Assembly (NCBI GenBank): GCA_000388065.2
Contig: KB932201.1
Strand: one strand, 5' to 3'
Source of the DNA: Fonticula alba ATCC 38817
Taxonomy: Eukaryota > Protista > Nucleariida
Length of the DNA stretch: 48,260 nucleotides
Positions 36,404 through 48,260 of the stretch are shown here, in pieces (position 1 is the first letter of the stretch; each line of letters opens with the position of its first letter). The notes under the pieces are model-generated. The model ran no database searches and was not told the origin of the DNA. It saw only the letters and a program-made list of their open reading frames with translations. The translations under genes were made by a program, and so were the position numbers.

Positions 36404-38671
36404 GCATGAGCGGCAGACTGTTTGTCATGACAGCTGCGGTGTGAAAGGCGGGGTAGGGGGAGGGGGGGGGCGGGCGTAAGAACCCTCAAGTCACCTGGAA
36501 TCACGCCCCCTTCAGCCTCCTGCCGTAGCAGTCCCGTGCCCAAGTGTGTGATTTCAGCAGGAATGCTCACGCCCTCGCCGGATGGTAGCAGGCATTCTTG
36601 ACTACGTGGGTGCGCGGCTTTGAGGGGGGTGGCGGGGGGGGCGTATGTCCGCGCCGAATGCAGTAGCACCAGGCGGGCTATTGCTCTAGGTGGCCCGGCA
36701 ACAACAATAAAGAAAACAACACACCTTCTGTTGGCATAGTGCCCATACGCTGGAACTCCGGGAGCGTTGCTACGCGTGGTGGCCCGCCGCCGCGGCCGCT
36801 GCCGCTGTGGAAGGCCGCTCGCGCGCCCACCGGACCAGGGCATCCGGCTACCCGTGTCCTGGCTCCCCTGAGTATGTGTGTGTGTGTGTGTGTGTGTGCG
36901 CCCGGGGGCGGGGGGCGACGGGAGCATATGGCGGCTCGGGAGGGGCCCCGAAAAGTGTCCCAGGAGAATAAATATCTGCCCTGGCCCGCGCGGATTGCCA
37001 GACGGGTGCCGGGCGGAGAAATAAACTTGGCAGACTACTGGCACGTCCCCCTGCCCCTGGCCCCCCTTCCCCCGCGGCGGTGCCCGCGCCTGGGGGCGCA
37101 CCAGGTCGCCGGGGTCTTGTCCGGAGCGCGGAGGCACCGAAAGAGTGACTCAGCAGGAATTCGGAATGATGATCAGAGAGCGAGAGAGAGAGAGAGAGAG
37201 AGCGAGAGCGAGCAAGCGAGGGCGGCCCGGCGCGGCCGCCGAGTTCACGGCCGGCGCCGCGCACCAGAACAAGGAGGCCACAGTGGCATCGGCTGCGGGC
37301 GCGCTACCACCACGGCCACCGCGTCCCAGCCGGGGGACCCCGGGGGGGGTGGGCGAGACCACGGCGGGGGGAACGAACGGATGAGGGCGACCGCGGGGGC
37401 GGCGGTGGGGGGGGGGGGGGGGGGGGAGCGCCCGCGCGGACGAAACGCCCCTAGCTGTGGCGAGGTCACTTTGTCTTGCGGGGCATTCGACCGGAGGGTT
37501 GCTGGTGATGGCCATCCGCATGTGCGAAGGGGGACGGGACACGGGCGGAAGGCAGGGCAATGGCCGTTCCACTCCCCCAGGGAGGGGGACGACCATGGGC
37601 GGCGATCGGGGGGGGGGGGGCGAGTGGCTTGGGCGCTCTTCGTGGGATCCTCCAGCCCGGCCCCGCGTCCTCGGCTGCTACCGGCCTCGCTCTCTGCCCC
37701 CTTCGCTCTCCCTCTCTGACGCCAGCCCTCCTTGGCGGCGAAAGCGCAGCCGCGCCCGGGCCCGGCCCCCGGCGGCGCATGTTTTATTTTACCCGGGCCT
37801 CGCCCGGGCGGGTGGGGGTGCGGTGCAGCAACGCCAGCGGCAGCAGCGCCGGCCGGTCCTCGCCCCCCGGTCCTCCTGGCGCTTGGCCCCCAGGGGGGCG
37901 AGGGGGGGCGCGCTGCGCTCACGCTCTACCCCTTGAAAAAAGGGTCGCCTCGCCCGCCCCACGACGGCCGCCTGCCAGGGGGGGGGGGCGGACTGGTCAG
38001 AGGCCTGGTTTCCGCGGCCGGTCAAATCGCCCCTTTGACGCGCAAGGGNNNNNNNNNNNNNNNNNNNNNNNNNNNNNNNNNNNNNNNNNNNNNNNNNNNN
38101 NNNNNNNNNNNNNNNNNNNNNNNNNNNNNNNNNNNNNNNNNNNNNNNNNNNNNNNNNNNNNNNNNNNNNNNNNNNNNNNNNNNNNNNNNNNNNNNNNNNN
38201 NNNNNNNNNNNNNNNNNNNNNNNNNNNNNNNNNNNNNNNNNNNNNNNNNNNNNNNNNNNNNNNNNNNNNNNNNNNNNNNNNNNNNNNNNNNNNNNNNNNN
38301 NNNNNNNNNNNNNNNNNNNNNNNNNNNNNNNNNNNNNNNNNNNNNNNNNNNNNNNNNNNNNNNNNNNNNNNNNNNNNNNNNNNNNNNNNNNNNNNNNNNN
38401 NNNNNNNNNNNNNNNNNNNNNNNNNNNNNNNNNNNNNNNNNNNNNNNNNNNNNNNNNNNNNNNNNNNNNNNNNNNNNNNNNNNNNNNNNNNNNNNNNNNN
38501 NNNNNNNNNNNNNNNNNNNNNNNNNNNNNNNNNNNNNNNNNNNNNNNNNNNNNNNNNNNNNNNNNNNNNNNNNNNNNNNNNNNNNNNNNNNNNNNNNNNN
38601 NNNNNNNNNNNNNNNNNNNNNNNNNNNNNNNNNNNNNNCCCCCTCCCCCTCGCCTCGCGCCCTTCTCCGTC

Positions 38672-40341
38672 ATGCAGAGGTTCGACAAGAAGTTCGGCCA
38701 GCTCCGCCAGTGGACGGCCGAGAAGGCCGGCAAGGCCGTCGCCACCACCGTTGATGACGAGTTCAGCGCCCTCGACCGCGTACGCCCCCTCTCGGTCCTC
38801 GCCTTTGGCCGTTGCCTTTCCCCTCTGCCCCCTCCCTCGGTTAGCTGACTGCCCTTTCCCCCCCCCCCCCCCCCCCGCCTTCTGGCTATTTCCGCCCCTG
38901 CCACCGCCATCCCGCGTCCAGTCCGTCGACTCCAAGAAGGAGGCCCTGGAGAAGCTCACCGATGGCATCAAGCCCCTGCTGCCGCAGATCATCCGCCCTG
39001 ACATGGTCCTGATGCCCGGCACGATGGCCGCCCATTCGGCCCATGTGTCGGCCTTCCAGACCGCGGCGCTGGCCATGCTCCGGGCTGCTGTGGCTCTGGA
39101 GGCCACTCCGCCGCCGATGTTCGCCTCGGCCGAGGACGAGGTTGTGTCGTCGGATCTCAAGCGCAGCGCCAGCCGGTCCTCGCGCATGAGCTCCCAGGCC
39201 TCGACCACGTCCTTTGCCCTGCCCCCGGCCCAGTCGGCCGCCGAGGGGGCCTCCGATGAGGCCACCCCCTCGCTCAGCGAGTCCGGTGGGGCCCCCTCCA
39301 TCCGCTCGTACGATGACGATGACGAGGATGAGGGCTACGCCCAGCGTCTGAAGGAGGCGCAGAACTCCGACAACAGCGTCGACAGCGCGGCGTACAACCG
39401 CTTCGCCACTGCCCTGCGCATGTGCTCCGTGGCTCTGGAGAACTGCGGCTCTCACTCGATGGATCTGGTACGTGTCTGCCTTGGGGATTCCGCGTGCCCG
39501 ATGTGACGCCGTCTCGTCGCATCCTCGGCCTCCTTCCCCCTCCTCCTTTCTTTCCCCCGTCTCCCTCTCTCCTCTTCACCTCCGGCTTCTCCCTTTCGCC
39601 ACTCCATGCTCAACTCTCTCTCTCTCTCTCTAACACACACGTACACGCACGCGCGCGCGTCCACAGGAAAACACCATCCACAGGTGCCTCTACCAGCAGC
39701 TGGACACCGAGCTGTCGCAGGACATCCGCGACTGGGCCGTACGTGCCCTTCCTGCCCCTTTCACCACCAGGGCCCCCGAGCAAGACAGCTCTTCCCCCAT
39801 GTGTTGCATCTCCCTTCCCCCTCCCCGTCGGCCCAGCTTCTAACCTCCACCGCAGAAAATCAAGGGCAAGCTCGAGTCCCGTCGTCTCGACAGCGATGCC
39901 AAGCATCACCGCTTCAGCAAAACCGCCGCCTCTTCGTCCAAGTACGCCGAGGCCGAGCGCGAGCACATCGATGCCCGGAACAAGTACAACCAGACCCTGG
40001 ACGATGCGCGGACCATGATGCGCTTCCTTGTGGCCGACCGCTCGCAGGGCAACGTCGCGGACATCCACCAGTTTGCCAGCGCCATGCACACCTTCTTCCT
40101 CAACAGCACCATCGCCTGGCGGGATGCCCTCCAGTCGCTGGAGGATCTGGAGCCCAGGTGCGCCTGAGTTGCTTTTACATGCCGGGGCGGGGTTGTTTTT
40201 TTTTCTCGCTCTTTTTTGCTGGCTGCTGTTGCTGCCACTGGTGGCGTTTTTTGGAGCCCAGGGTCGAAGGCCGCGGCAGCGGGGGGCCAGCCCGCGCGCC
40301 GCCGCCTGGGGCAGGGAAATGGGCGTGCGCTGGGACGCACG

Positions 40342-40377
<36 letters not shown>

Positions 40378-40821
40378 TGCCCCCGCCCCCGGTGCCCTCC
40401 TTCCTTCTCCCCATCCAGCCTTTGAGACTGACACATCATGGTTCACTCGCCACTCCATTGCCCCATGTCATGCATCCTCAGCCTTCCCAAGACCGATCTC
40501 ACCACCAACCCCTTCGAGGGGGCCAACAACGCCAACAACTTCGGCGGCTCGCCCTCCACCGGCACCTGCCAGTGTGGCGGGGCCAGCGGGGCGGCCTCCA
40601 ACGAGCCGCCCTTCGCCTCGGTCGAGGACCCCAACGCCCCGACTCTCAAGGTCCGCGCGCTGTATGCCTTCGAGCCCGAGTCTTCGGATGAGCTGCCCCT
40701 GGCCCGCGGGGACATCATCAAGGTCCTCCGCCGTGTGGACACCCACTGGTGGATTGGCGAGCGCGAGTCCGACAGCCGCATCGGCCTCTTCCCGGTGCCC
40801 TTCGTCGAGCCTGTCAAGTAA
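38672..40821 (+). CDS. Endophilin-like N-BAR + SH3 protein; 5 exons
   Basis: N-terminus KKFGQLRQWTAEKAG...DDEF, BAR motif KLESRRLD, an NPF motif, and a C-terminal SH3 (VRALYAF...DELPLARGDII...WWIGE...GLFPVPFVE). All four introns keep frame. Confidence 0.85.
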
Positions 40822-41644
40822 ATGCGCGCACATGCGTCCTCCTCCTTCCTCCCCACTTTCTCCGCCCCCCCCCCCCCCCCCCCCCCCCCCTCTGCCTCTT
40901 CGGACAGTGAGCCCGACGATGAGGCGTCCTGATTTGCCAGGGCGGCTTGTCGGCTCGCTGGCCTGTTTCCACTTCGCTCTCCTTTTGTATTGGGTGTCTT
41001 CGCGGTTGCCTTTGTCGCGCTTGTCAAGTAAATGCGCGCACATGCGGNNNNNNNNNNNNNNNNNNNNNNNNNNNNNNCCCCCCCCCCCTCCCCCCCGCCC
41101 TCCGAGCATACGCGCACATCCCATACACACACACACGTGCATGTGCATGTGCACGGGTGCATTTGTCCCTTCTTCCCACAGAAACATGTGCATGTGCCCC
41201 CTGCTCCGACACACTCTGCACGGGGTACCTTAGGCAGGGCCCCGTTTGCACGCGCGCGTGCTCCACTCTCAAGTTTGCTGGCGCCACGCGCGCCCGTGCG
41301 GTGTGTCATCGTCCGAGTGTCCATCCACCCTCATCCCCCCCCCTCCCTCTCTTCCCCCTTCTTCCCCTCTTCTTCCCTTGTCAGCGTGCATGGCAGCTCT
41401 GTCAAAACATGTGCGATCGCGTGGCGCACGCGCGCATACACACAGGCGCATGTACACCCTTGTCCCGGTTACTGGGAATATACTTTTGTTTTTTTCTTCT
41501 CCACCTGGAGACTGCCTCCCTGCTCCATCTGCCCCGCATCACCCCGTCCCGGTACGGATATCATGACACATGCTTTGTTCAGGGGGTGGGGGTAGGGGGG
41601 AGGGGGGGAGAAAGTAGTTGAGAGTGTGTATGCGGAGGAGGATG

Positions 41645-42646
41645 CTACATGGAGGAGGCGGCAAAAACCGCTGCCAGCATGGCGGCAATCGACGAAGCAG
41701 CCACCAAGCCAATGGCCAGCCGACTAGCCTCGAATTTGGACTAGGAACGCGCCTCGTGGTCAGTCTGGGGCTGAGGGGGCGCTTTGGGAAAGGAAATAAA
41801 TAAAAAAAAGAAGGGGATGCCCGCCACCGACACCAAGGGGAGGGGTGAGGGGAGCAAAGAGGAAAAAAGGAACGGCCGGGACACGGTGTTCACCCATTGG
41901 ACGCACTCGAACAAGGAGGGACTGGACGCGGAAATACCGGAAGGTCGCCAGGCAAAGCATGACTATCCCGAAGCCGACGAAAATGTAGCCCACATACTTG
42001 GCCGGGGAGGTCCGTGGCGGCGTGGCACCCGGCGGATCGCCAGTCGGCGGGAGGAAGGCCCCAGATGCCAAGGAATCCAGCGCCACGCCGACAGCCGTCA
42101 GTGACAAAGCCGTGCGTAGCCACGCGAGAAAGGTCCGTTCATTTGCTGGTGGTTGGCCGGGTTGTTGTGTGGGCGGTTGTGCGCATGTATGTGGACATAT
42201 ATGCATGCGAACGCGCGCGTGTATGTGTGTGTGTGTGTGTGTGCGTGTATGTCAGCGTGCGGGAGTCTGGGAAAGAGGGAGGATGTGGGTGTGGGGGCGC
42301 GTGGGCGTCTCAGAAAAGAGACACCCTCGGCGCGTGGGAATGGCCAGCGGAGTGCCGCGCACCAAGGTGATCTCTCGCCGTGCTGGAGACGGATCAGCGG
42401 CAAATAGCAGGAGAGACCAGGAGGAGTCAGTGGGCCCGCGCAAGACAGAGCAAGGGGCAAGGAGGCAACTCGGCCTCGCTAATGACAAAGAGAGAGCGAG
42501 AGAGGGGGGGGGGGAGAAAGGGGAGAACGAGGGCGGAGAGGCAGGGATCAGAGCAACAGACAAATGGCAAGGGAGCCAATGGCGCACCTCCCAGTGTTCT
42601 CGAGGAGAACATCCGAGAAAATCCTCGACAGGAAAGTCGATGCCAT
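41645..42646 (-). CDS. DUF202/YidH-family small multi-TM protein; exons 42646-42588, 42382-42363, 42145-41907, 41740-41645
   Basis: Splicing reconstructs LLENTGSTARDHLANERTFLAWLRT followed by three hydrophobic segments. Confidence 0.88.
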
Positions 42647-43415
42647 CTTGAGAGAACCGGAAGACGGAGTGGCCGAGGGGGGGGGGGGCCGGAGAAGGGA
42701 GGAGGGCGGAAGAGGAGCACAAGAGGGCAAGACAAGAAAAGGGGTGCGTGAGGTGGCCAGGGGCTGTGCCGCTCGGTCCCCAGGGCCGCACACGAAGATC
42801 CCGGCCTCCGAAAAAGAGGTGTACGCCCGCCATGGGCAGGGGGTTATCACTCCTCCGGGCTAAACCAACCCGGCAGTGGGGCCCGCCCAATCCATGACCA
42901 CGCCCTGGGAGGACCCGAATCGAGTGTTTTTGGCTTCTTCTTTTTTTCTTTCCTTTCCAGATGCCACTCCCTCGTCACTGTGTTCCCCTTGCTGGCATAT
43001 ATAGCCCCGCATGCGCCCCTGGCTCCTTGGCCGCGGGTGGGCCTGTTCTGCCGGTTGGCTGGAGGACAAAATTACCCCCAACGAGCATCAGCGCGAGCAT
43101 GGGTTCTCGTGCACGCCCTCCCCAGTCTGATCGGCCGCTGCCCCCCCCCCCGGGGGGGGGGGGGGGGAGGGACTGGGCTCCAACCCATTGGGATTGTGGA
43201 CAAGTGAGCAGGGTGATTTGGGGGTATATTGCATTTTTGAGAGGGGGCGGCGATCCCACAAATGTCCGGCGGCCGGCCCCCGCGTGCGGGGGGCCTCACG
43301 TCGTCTCCTCCTGCTTGTTCCTCCCCGCGCAGCAGGCAGGAGAGAGGAGACTGCCTCCGAGATCCCGTTCCCGCAGGGGGGGGGGGAGGAGACGCGCATG
43401 CCTGGAAGAAGCGCA

Positions 43416-44397
43416 TCAGCCCTTCTTCGGGGTGGATTGGCTCTGGAGAACGATGAGGACATACTCGTTTTCTTGGGAATGTCGAGGGCCCGGTGTTTGC
43501 CAGGAAAAGGAAGGGAGAGGGGGGGTGCAGGGGGAGGGGGCATATCACAGAGGATGGATTAGCCTGGAGGCCTTGGAAAGAGGGAAGATCGGCGATGGTC
43601 CTCGGGATACCGGGAAGGACATGGGGGGCACGCACCTGTGGCGATGAGGAACTCCCACTTGGCTGTCCTGACGCGCATGAAGGCCAGCTCATCCTGGGGA
43701 AAGGGATCGGCCAGGAGCAGCGGAGGAGAGTCGGAAAAAAAGACAGACGCGACAGGGCGGTTAGGGGAGAAAAGCGCCACCGGTCGGACGACGGGCAGTC
43801 AAGAGCGCACGAGTACCCGCGCCCAGGTGTGCATGTGTGTGTGTGTGTGTGTGGGTTCATGGGAGGGGGGGGAGGGGGCACATGTTCGCAGGTGTCTACG
43901 CACCGTGGGATCGGCCGACGTGATGGCCGAGGAGGCCAGACCAACGAGCTCGAAGAAAAGGGTCGCATATCGGAGGCGCAGCTCCCCCGGCAATGTGGAA
44001 TGCACGATCCAATAGCGCGTCCCCTCGCGAGTGATGTGGTCTGAGGTATCGAGAAGGGAGTCCGGGCTGGGGCCGGCATCAAGGGCGCGGCCCGGGGCCG
44101 GGGTGGCCGAGGGCGTCGAGTCGTCTGTGGCTGCCGAGTGCTTGGGCGGGCTGGTTGACAGAACAACAACCCCGGCCACATCTGGCCGGGAAGAGAAGCG
44201 ACGCAGGGTCTCCTCGAAGGGCTCAGACTGGGGGGGGGGGGGGGGGGGGGAGAGCAGAGGCCAGGAGAGCCCAGTGAAAGTGAGAATGTCAGGAGAGAGA
44301 GAGAGAGAGAGAGAGACCCGGGCTTGGATGTCGGGGCGTTGTACTGGCGCAGGGGCAACCAGCCATGTGAGCGAGTGTGACGTACGAAGGAGGCCAT
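43416..44397 (-). CDS. DYNLRB: Dynein light chain roadblock/LC7; 4 exons
   Basis: EETLRRF...VAGVVVL...IVHST...YATL...DPTDELAFMRVRTAKWEFLIATENEYVLIVLQ parallels DYNLRB1 (EETLKRL...[29 protein letters not shown]). Confidence 0.85.
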
Positions 44398-45213
44398 CAC
44401 GAAAGGAGGGAGAGCGCGATCCACAGAGAGGGGGGCGGGAGAAATGAAGGGGGAAGGGGAGGCAGCAGGGGGAGGGGGGGGGGGGGAGGGAGGGAGCAGC
44501 GATGATCTTTGGTTGGGAGGATGGAAGGAGGCACCAGGCATGAGAACCGGGGCAAGGCCCGCCTTTCCAAGCACGCCAGCCCATCAACACCGGCTCCCTG
44601 GGTCCCCTCCCCAACAGCGAGGCGCCGCAGGAGCGCATCGGCCTTGTTGGAGTCCCAAACACCGCCGTTCTGTCTACCGCGGGGGGGGGGAGGGCAGAGC
44701 AAGCGGGGCGGAGGAGAGCGCAACCCTACCGAGAAATGTACGTACCAGGGGCAGGTGACACCGTGAGCGGGGCTGGTCACGTCCGTGAATCGGACGCTCG
44801 TGATACCGCCAACGCATGCCAACGCACGCGCGTCAACACTTCCAGAAGCTTTTCCGTGTGTCCTGATCGGACTTGTGCGCCTCCCCTGCGGGCCCCCGTC
44901 CCCCTGTCTCCTGCAGTGTGGGGGGCCGGCAGAGGGGGGCTGGCTCGCGGGTGCGTCAACACGCGCCCTGCCCCCACCCCCACCCCCCCCGGTGGCCGGC
45001 CGAGAGCAGGTCGCACGTTGGGTCATCCGAGCCTAAATGGGCAGCAGCCGGTGTACGTCGGGCCACCACGCCCATTACGATGGGCTGGGGTATTTTTTCG
45101 GCCGCGCGTCCGGGTATTTCGCAATCCGCCGATTCGGCCATCCACTACCTCTTTCTCCGTTTATCTCTCCTCCGTTTTCCCTTCCCTCCACTCACGCGGT
45201 CGTGCGCCGGTCT

Positions 45214-45214
<1 letters not shown>

Positions 45215-45267
<53 letters not shown>
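45215..45267. repeat. 53-nt poly(C) tract upstream of the orphan gene
   Basis: Counted from the sequence. Confidence 0.85.
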
Positions 45268-45268
<1 letters not shown>

Positions 45269-45327
45269 TCCCTGCCGCCCTTTTGCACCTCGGCATCCTC
45301 GCGCGCATCAGCAGACACCTTTCGCCG

Positions 45328-47663
45328 ATGCTCAGATATTCGGCCGCCCTCATCCCCCTGGCGGCCGCCGCCCCGTGGCTGGCCTACAAGGCGGCCGGGT
45401 ATCTGCCCGCACATGGTCCTGACGAGCCGTCCGCCATGGCGCCGCCCGTTGGCCGGCCGGCACACGCGGCCGCCCTCGGTTTGGTGACCGGCTTCCCGGA
45501 TGTCCCCTCCGGCAGTGCCCTCGGGGGCATCTGGAATGCGGTGGCCGCCGGCGCGGCGATCCCCGCTCCCGGGGTGCCGGACATCGGGGCCGGCGCTGCC
45601 GACGCCTCGCCCGTTAGCCTGGGCGGCTTGTCCAATGACGAGTTCCGGGAGCTGGCCCGGCGGCGTTGGCGCGCCAAGAAGGGCCACATTGTGCTGGACC
45701 CCTCGCGGCCGCTGAATCCCGAGGAGGACATCTACTCGGACTTGCTGGCGCTGGAGCACCGCTCGCAGGACAAGTTCCCCTTCAGCCATGTGTTCCGCCA
45801 CATCGAGTCGACGGTCGGCATTCGGTGTCTGATTGCCAAGCACATTGCCCTGTTCGGGGTGCCTCCCCGTCGGCGGCCATTCTCGCCGGACCTGCGCCCG
45901 GAGCTGGACGACTCCATGATCGTGCGCTTCCTCCTGAACAACCTGGTCCCCAATCCGAACTACTACGACCGGCCACCGAAGCCCGGCAGCCCGGAGGATA
46001 CCCTGGAGCCGGATCTGCGCTACGAGTGCGCCGGCATCTTTTGGGAGATGGATCGCTTTCACAGCATGATCAACCCCAAGCTTCGGGCTAACCACTCGGT
46101 GCCGAAGATTTGCTTTGGCGTTCTGCGTGTCTTTGGCCCGGTACGTTGGTGATAGGGGGGAGAGAGAGCGAGAAACAGAACTTGGCCAGGGCTCTCTTTG
46201 CCTCCTTTCTTCCTCGATTGCTGCCTGCCTCTGCTTTCGGTCTCTGACATTCTCCACCCCCTGGTCGTCCCCCCCCCCATCAACAGCCTGGCACCACGGC
46301 CAATGATATCATGATGGACCGGCATCGCCCCCATTTTACGCCCATCCGTCCGCTATTGACGACGACCCCGCTTCTGGGGCATGTGCGCAAGAGCCAACGC
46401 CGTGGTCTCATCGTGGAGATCAAGGGCAAGAGCGCTGACGAGTGCGTCGTCTAACCTCCCTTCCTCCCTCCCTTTCCTCTCGGCCTCCCTGTCCCCCTGC
46501 TTTTGCGGTTGCTTTTTCCCTCGCACATTCTTTCCTCTTCCTTGTTTGCCCTTTCGCTGTACCTGACCTGCGTGGCTGCTCGCTCCCTTCTCCACGCGTA
46601 GCATGCTCTCGGGCATCCTCCAAAATGAGACGCCGGAGCTGCTCGACCAGAGCATCAAGGACACGGGCATCTGTGCGTGTGTGCTTCCTTGCCATTCGCC
46701 CCACAAGACGAATACCGAACTCACCGATTCCTTTCTCTTTTTTTTTCTTTCTCTTTTTTTTCTTTCTCTTTTTTTTCTTTCTCTTTTTTTTCTTTCTCTC
46801 TCTCTCCCTCTCTCTCCCTCCCTCTCCCTCTTCCTCTCCCTCTCCCTCCCCCTCTCCCTCCCCCTCTCGCTCGGTGCCCCGCACGTCCAGCCATCATCCA
46901 GGCAATGGCCGACTCGCTGGCCAACACGGTGTCTGCCGACGGCGGCAAGGTCACCGCCCTGGCTGGGAGCATCATTCGTGGCTCCGGGGCTCTGCTGCAG
47001 TATGTGCTAGACCTGGCCACGAAGGACATCCCGAAGGCGGTGAGTGAGCACACGGCCGGGCTGTCTGCCTATGTGGAGGAGATCCGCCGCCAACGCGAAG
47101 AGCGGGCCCGCGCACGGGCCGAAACCCAGGAGGCCATCCGCCAAGCGATCAAGGGCTCGACCGGTGGCCCGGGCTTCATGCATGAGGATCGCCAGCGCAT
47201 CGGGGACGAAGTCCGACGCCGCTTCGAGGAGGCCCAACAGCTTGACAACCCGGAAGCCCGCTCTGGCGATCGCCAGGAGTCCTCCTCCTCTTCGGCCGCT
47301 GACACCGAGGCGCTTGACCAAGAACGCGGCCCGGTTGACCACAAGATCAGCCAGGCTATCAAGGACCGGAATCGGCAGCTGGACACCTTGTTTGAGGAGC
47401 GTCGCGAGCTTTTGGAGGTAATTCGGCAAAATTTGGAAGAGGCATCTTCGCAGGCGCCCGAGGCAAGTGCTGCCAAGCATCAGGAACTTTTGAAGCGCCT
47501 CAAGGACCTGGACCTGTTGGATGATCGCCGCCGGCAGGTGGACGAGATCAAGCGCAATCTCGATGAGCAAGACGACTCGAATGCCTCCTGGCCGGCTGCC
47601 GGGTGGAACCTCGATTTGCCGGACGAGGATTCCGCGCCCACGAAGGACAAGAAGGATCGCTGA
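45328..47663 (+). CDS. Hypothetical 603-aa protein with a C-terminal coiled-coil-like region; exons 45328-46140, 46287-46441, 46602-46672, 46891-47663
   Basis: Three GTRCGT-AG introns give a 1812-nt open frame with coding-like GC3. No family recognised. Confidence 0.75.
46732..46800. repeat. 15-bp-period T/C tandem repeat, about 4 copies, in intron 3 of the orphan gene
   Basis: TTTCTCTTTTTTTTC periodicity read directly. Confidence 0.8.
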
Positions 47664-47799
47664 CAGGCGACCGGCGTCGGAGGAGGCCTCCCATCTGCCC
47701 CTGTCCACCCGCGCAATCTATCATCCTGACCCCGACATTGCTGCGACATGTGCTTCCTCTCCTAGTCTCTTTCTCTCCCCGAATGTACCCAATTAGATG

Positions 47800-47802
<3 letters not shown>

Positions 47803-47842
<40 letters not shown>

Positions 47843-48218
47843 TGTGTGTGTCCCCTGCCAGGGTGTCGTGGCTTTAGAGGGAAGAGGCAGAGAGAGAAAG
47901 AGAGGGAGAGAGAAGGAGAGAGGACCCCCTTCACTCAAATGAGAGCTGCTCCTTTAAATGCATGTCCGATGGGGACACTGCATTCCGGGGGGGAGGGGCG
48001 GGGACTGCATTTCCTCCGGCCAGTTGTTCCAGGCCATCCCTTTTCGGGCTCCTCCGGAAGTGGGAGCCAAGCGAATACAGGTGGGCAGGTGGGAGGAAAA
48101 AAGAGGAAGAAGGAGAGGAAAGGCAGGCGAGATCGGGCGAGCACAGGCCCCGAGGGGTGTTGTTGGGTGAAGAAAAAAAGATGATATATTGCGGCGTTTG
48201 TTTGGTCTTGGAGTGTCG

Positions 48219-48255
<37 letters not shown>
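47803..48255. repeat. (GT)n near 47803-47840 and (CA)n near 48222-48255. Similar GT/CA tracts at about 12240-12270, 20985-21022 and 22585-22665
   Basis: Read directly from the sequence. Confidence 0.9.
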
Positions 48256-48259
<4 letters not shown>

Positions 48260-48260
48260 C

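Noticed and set aside
36575-36592. CCGGATGGTAGCAG resembles SRP RNA helix 8
   Set aside because: The 5' CAGG half of the symmetric loop is missing, the loop is not GNRA, and there is no Alu domain or long helix 5.
36529-36680. AGTCCCG...CGGGCT could form an RNase P/MRP P4-like helix with a bulged U
   Set aside because: The conserved GAA before P4 and the other conserved regions are not evident.

Overview
Compact, GC-rich eukaryotic nuclear DNA with seven assembly gaps, most of them abutting C/G homopolymers. By manual splicing I find 16 protein-coding genes: RPS20/uS10, PTC1-like PP2C, class I HDAC (5' end hidden in a gap), DPH3, NCKAP1/Nap1, DDX42-like DEAD-box helicase, TRM5, TEN1-like OB protein, an orphan 2-TM protein, GCVT/AMT, an NNF1/PMF1-like protein, HADHB-type thiolase, endophilin-like BAR-SH3, a DUF202/YidH protein, dynein roadblock light chain and a 603-aa orphan. 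There is also a tRNA-Ala(UGC)/tRNA-Ser(CGA) tandem pair. Gene content and style suggest an amoeboid opisthokont protist such as Fonticula; this is inference and unverified. No mobile element or CRISPR is supported. The most interesting signals are (1) a splicing code with +4C donors (GTRCGY) and acceptors lacking U-rich tracts, including poly-A acceptors; (2) a possible telomerase-RNA-like element next to the TEN1-like gene; (3) a three-way-junction RNA candidate; (4) a C/D snoRNA candidate; and (5) a probable dicistronic tRNA. All protein identities come from motif recall, not database searches.
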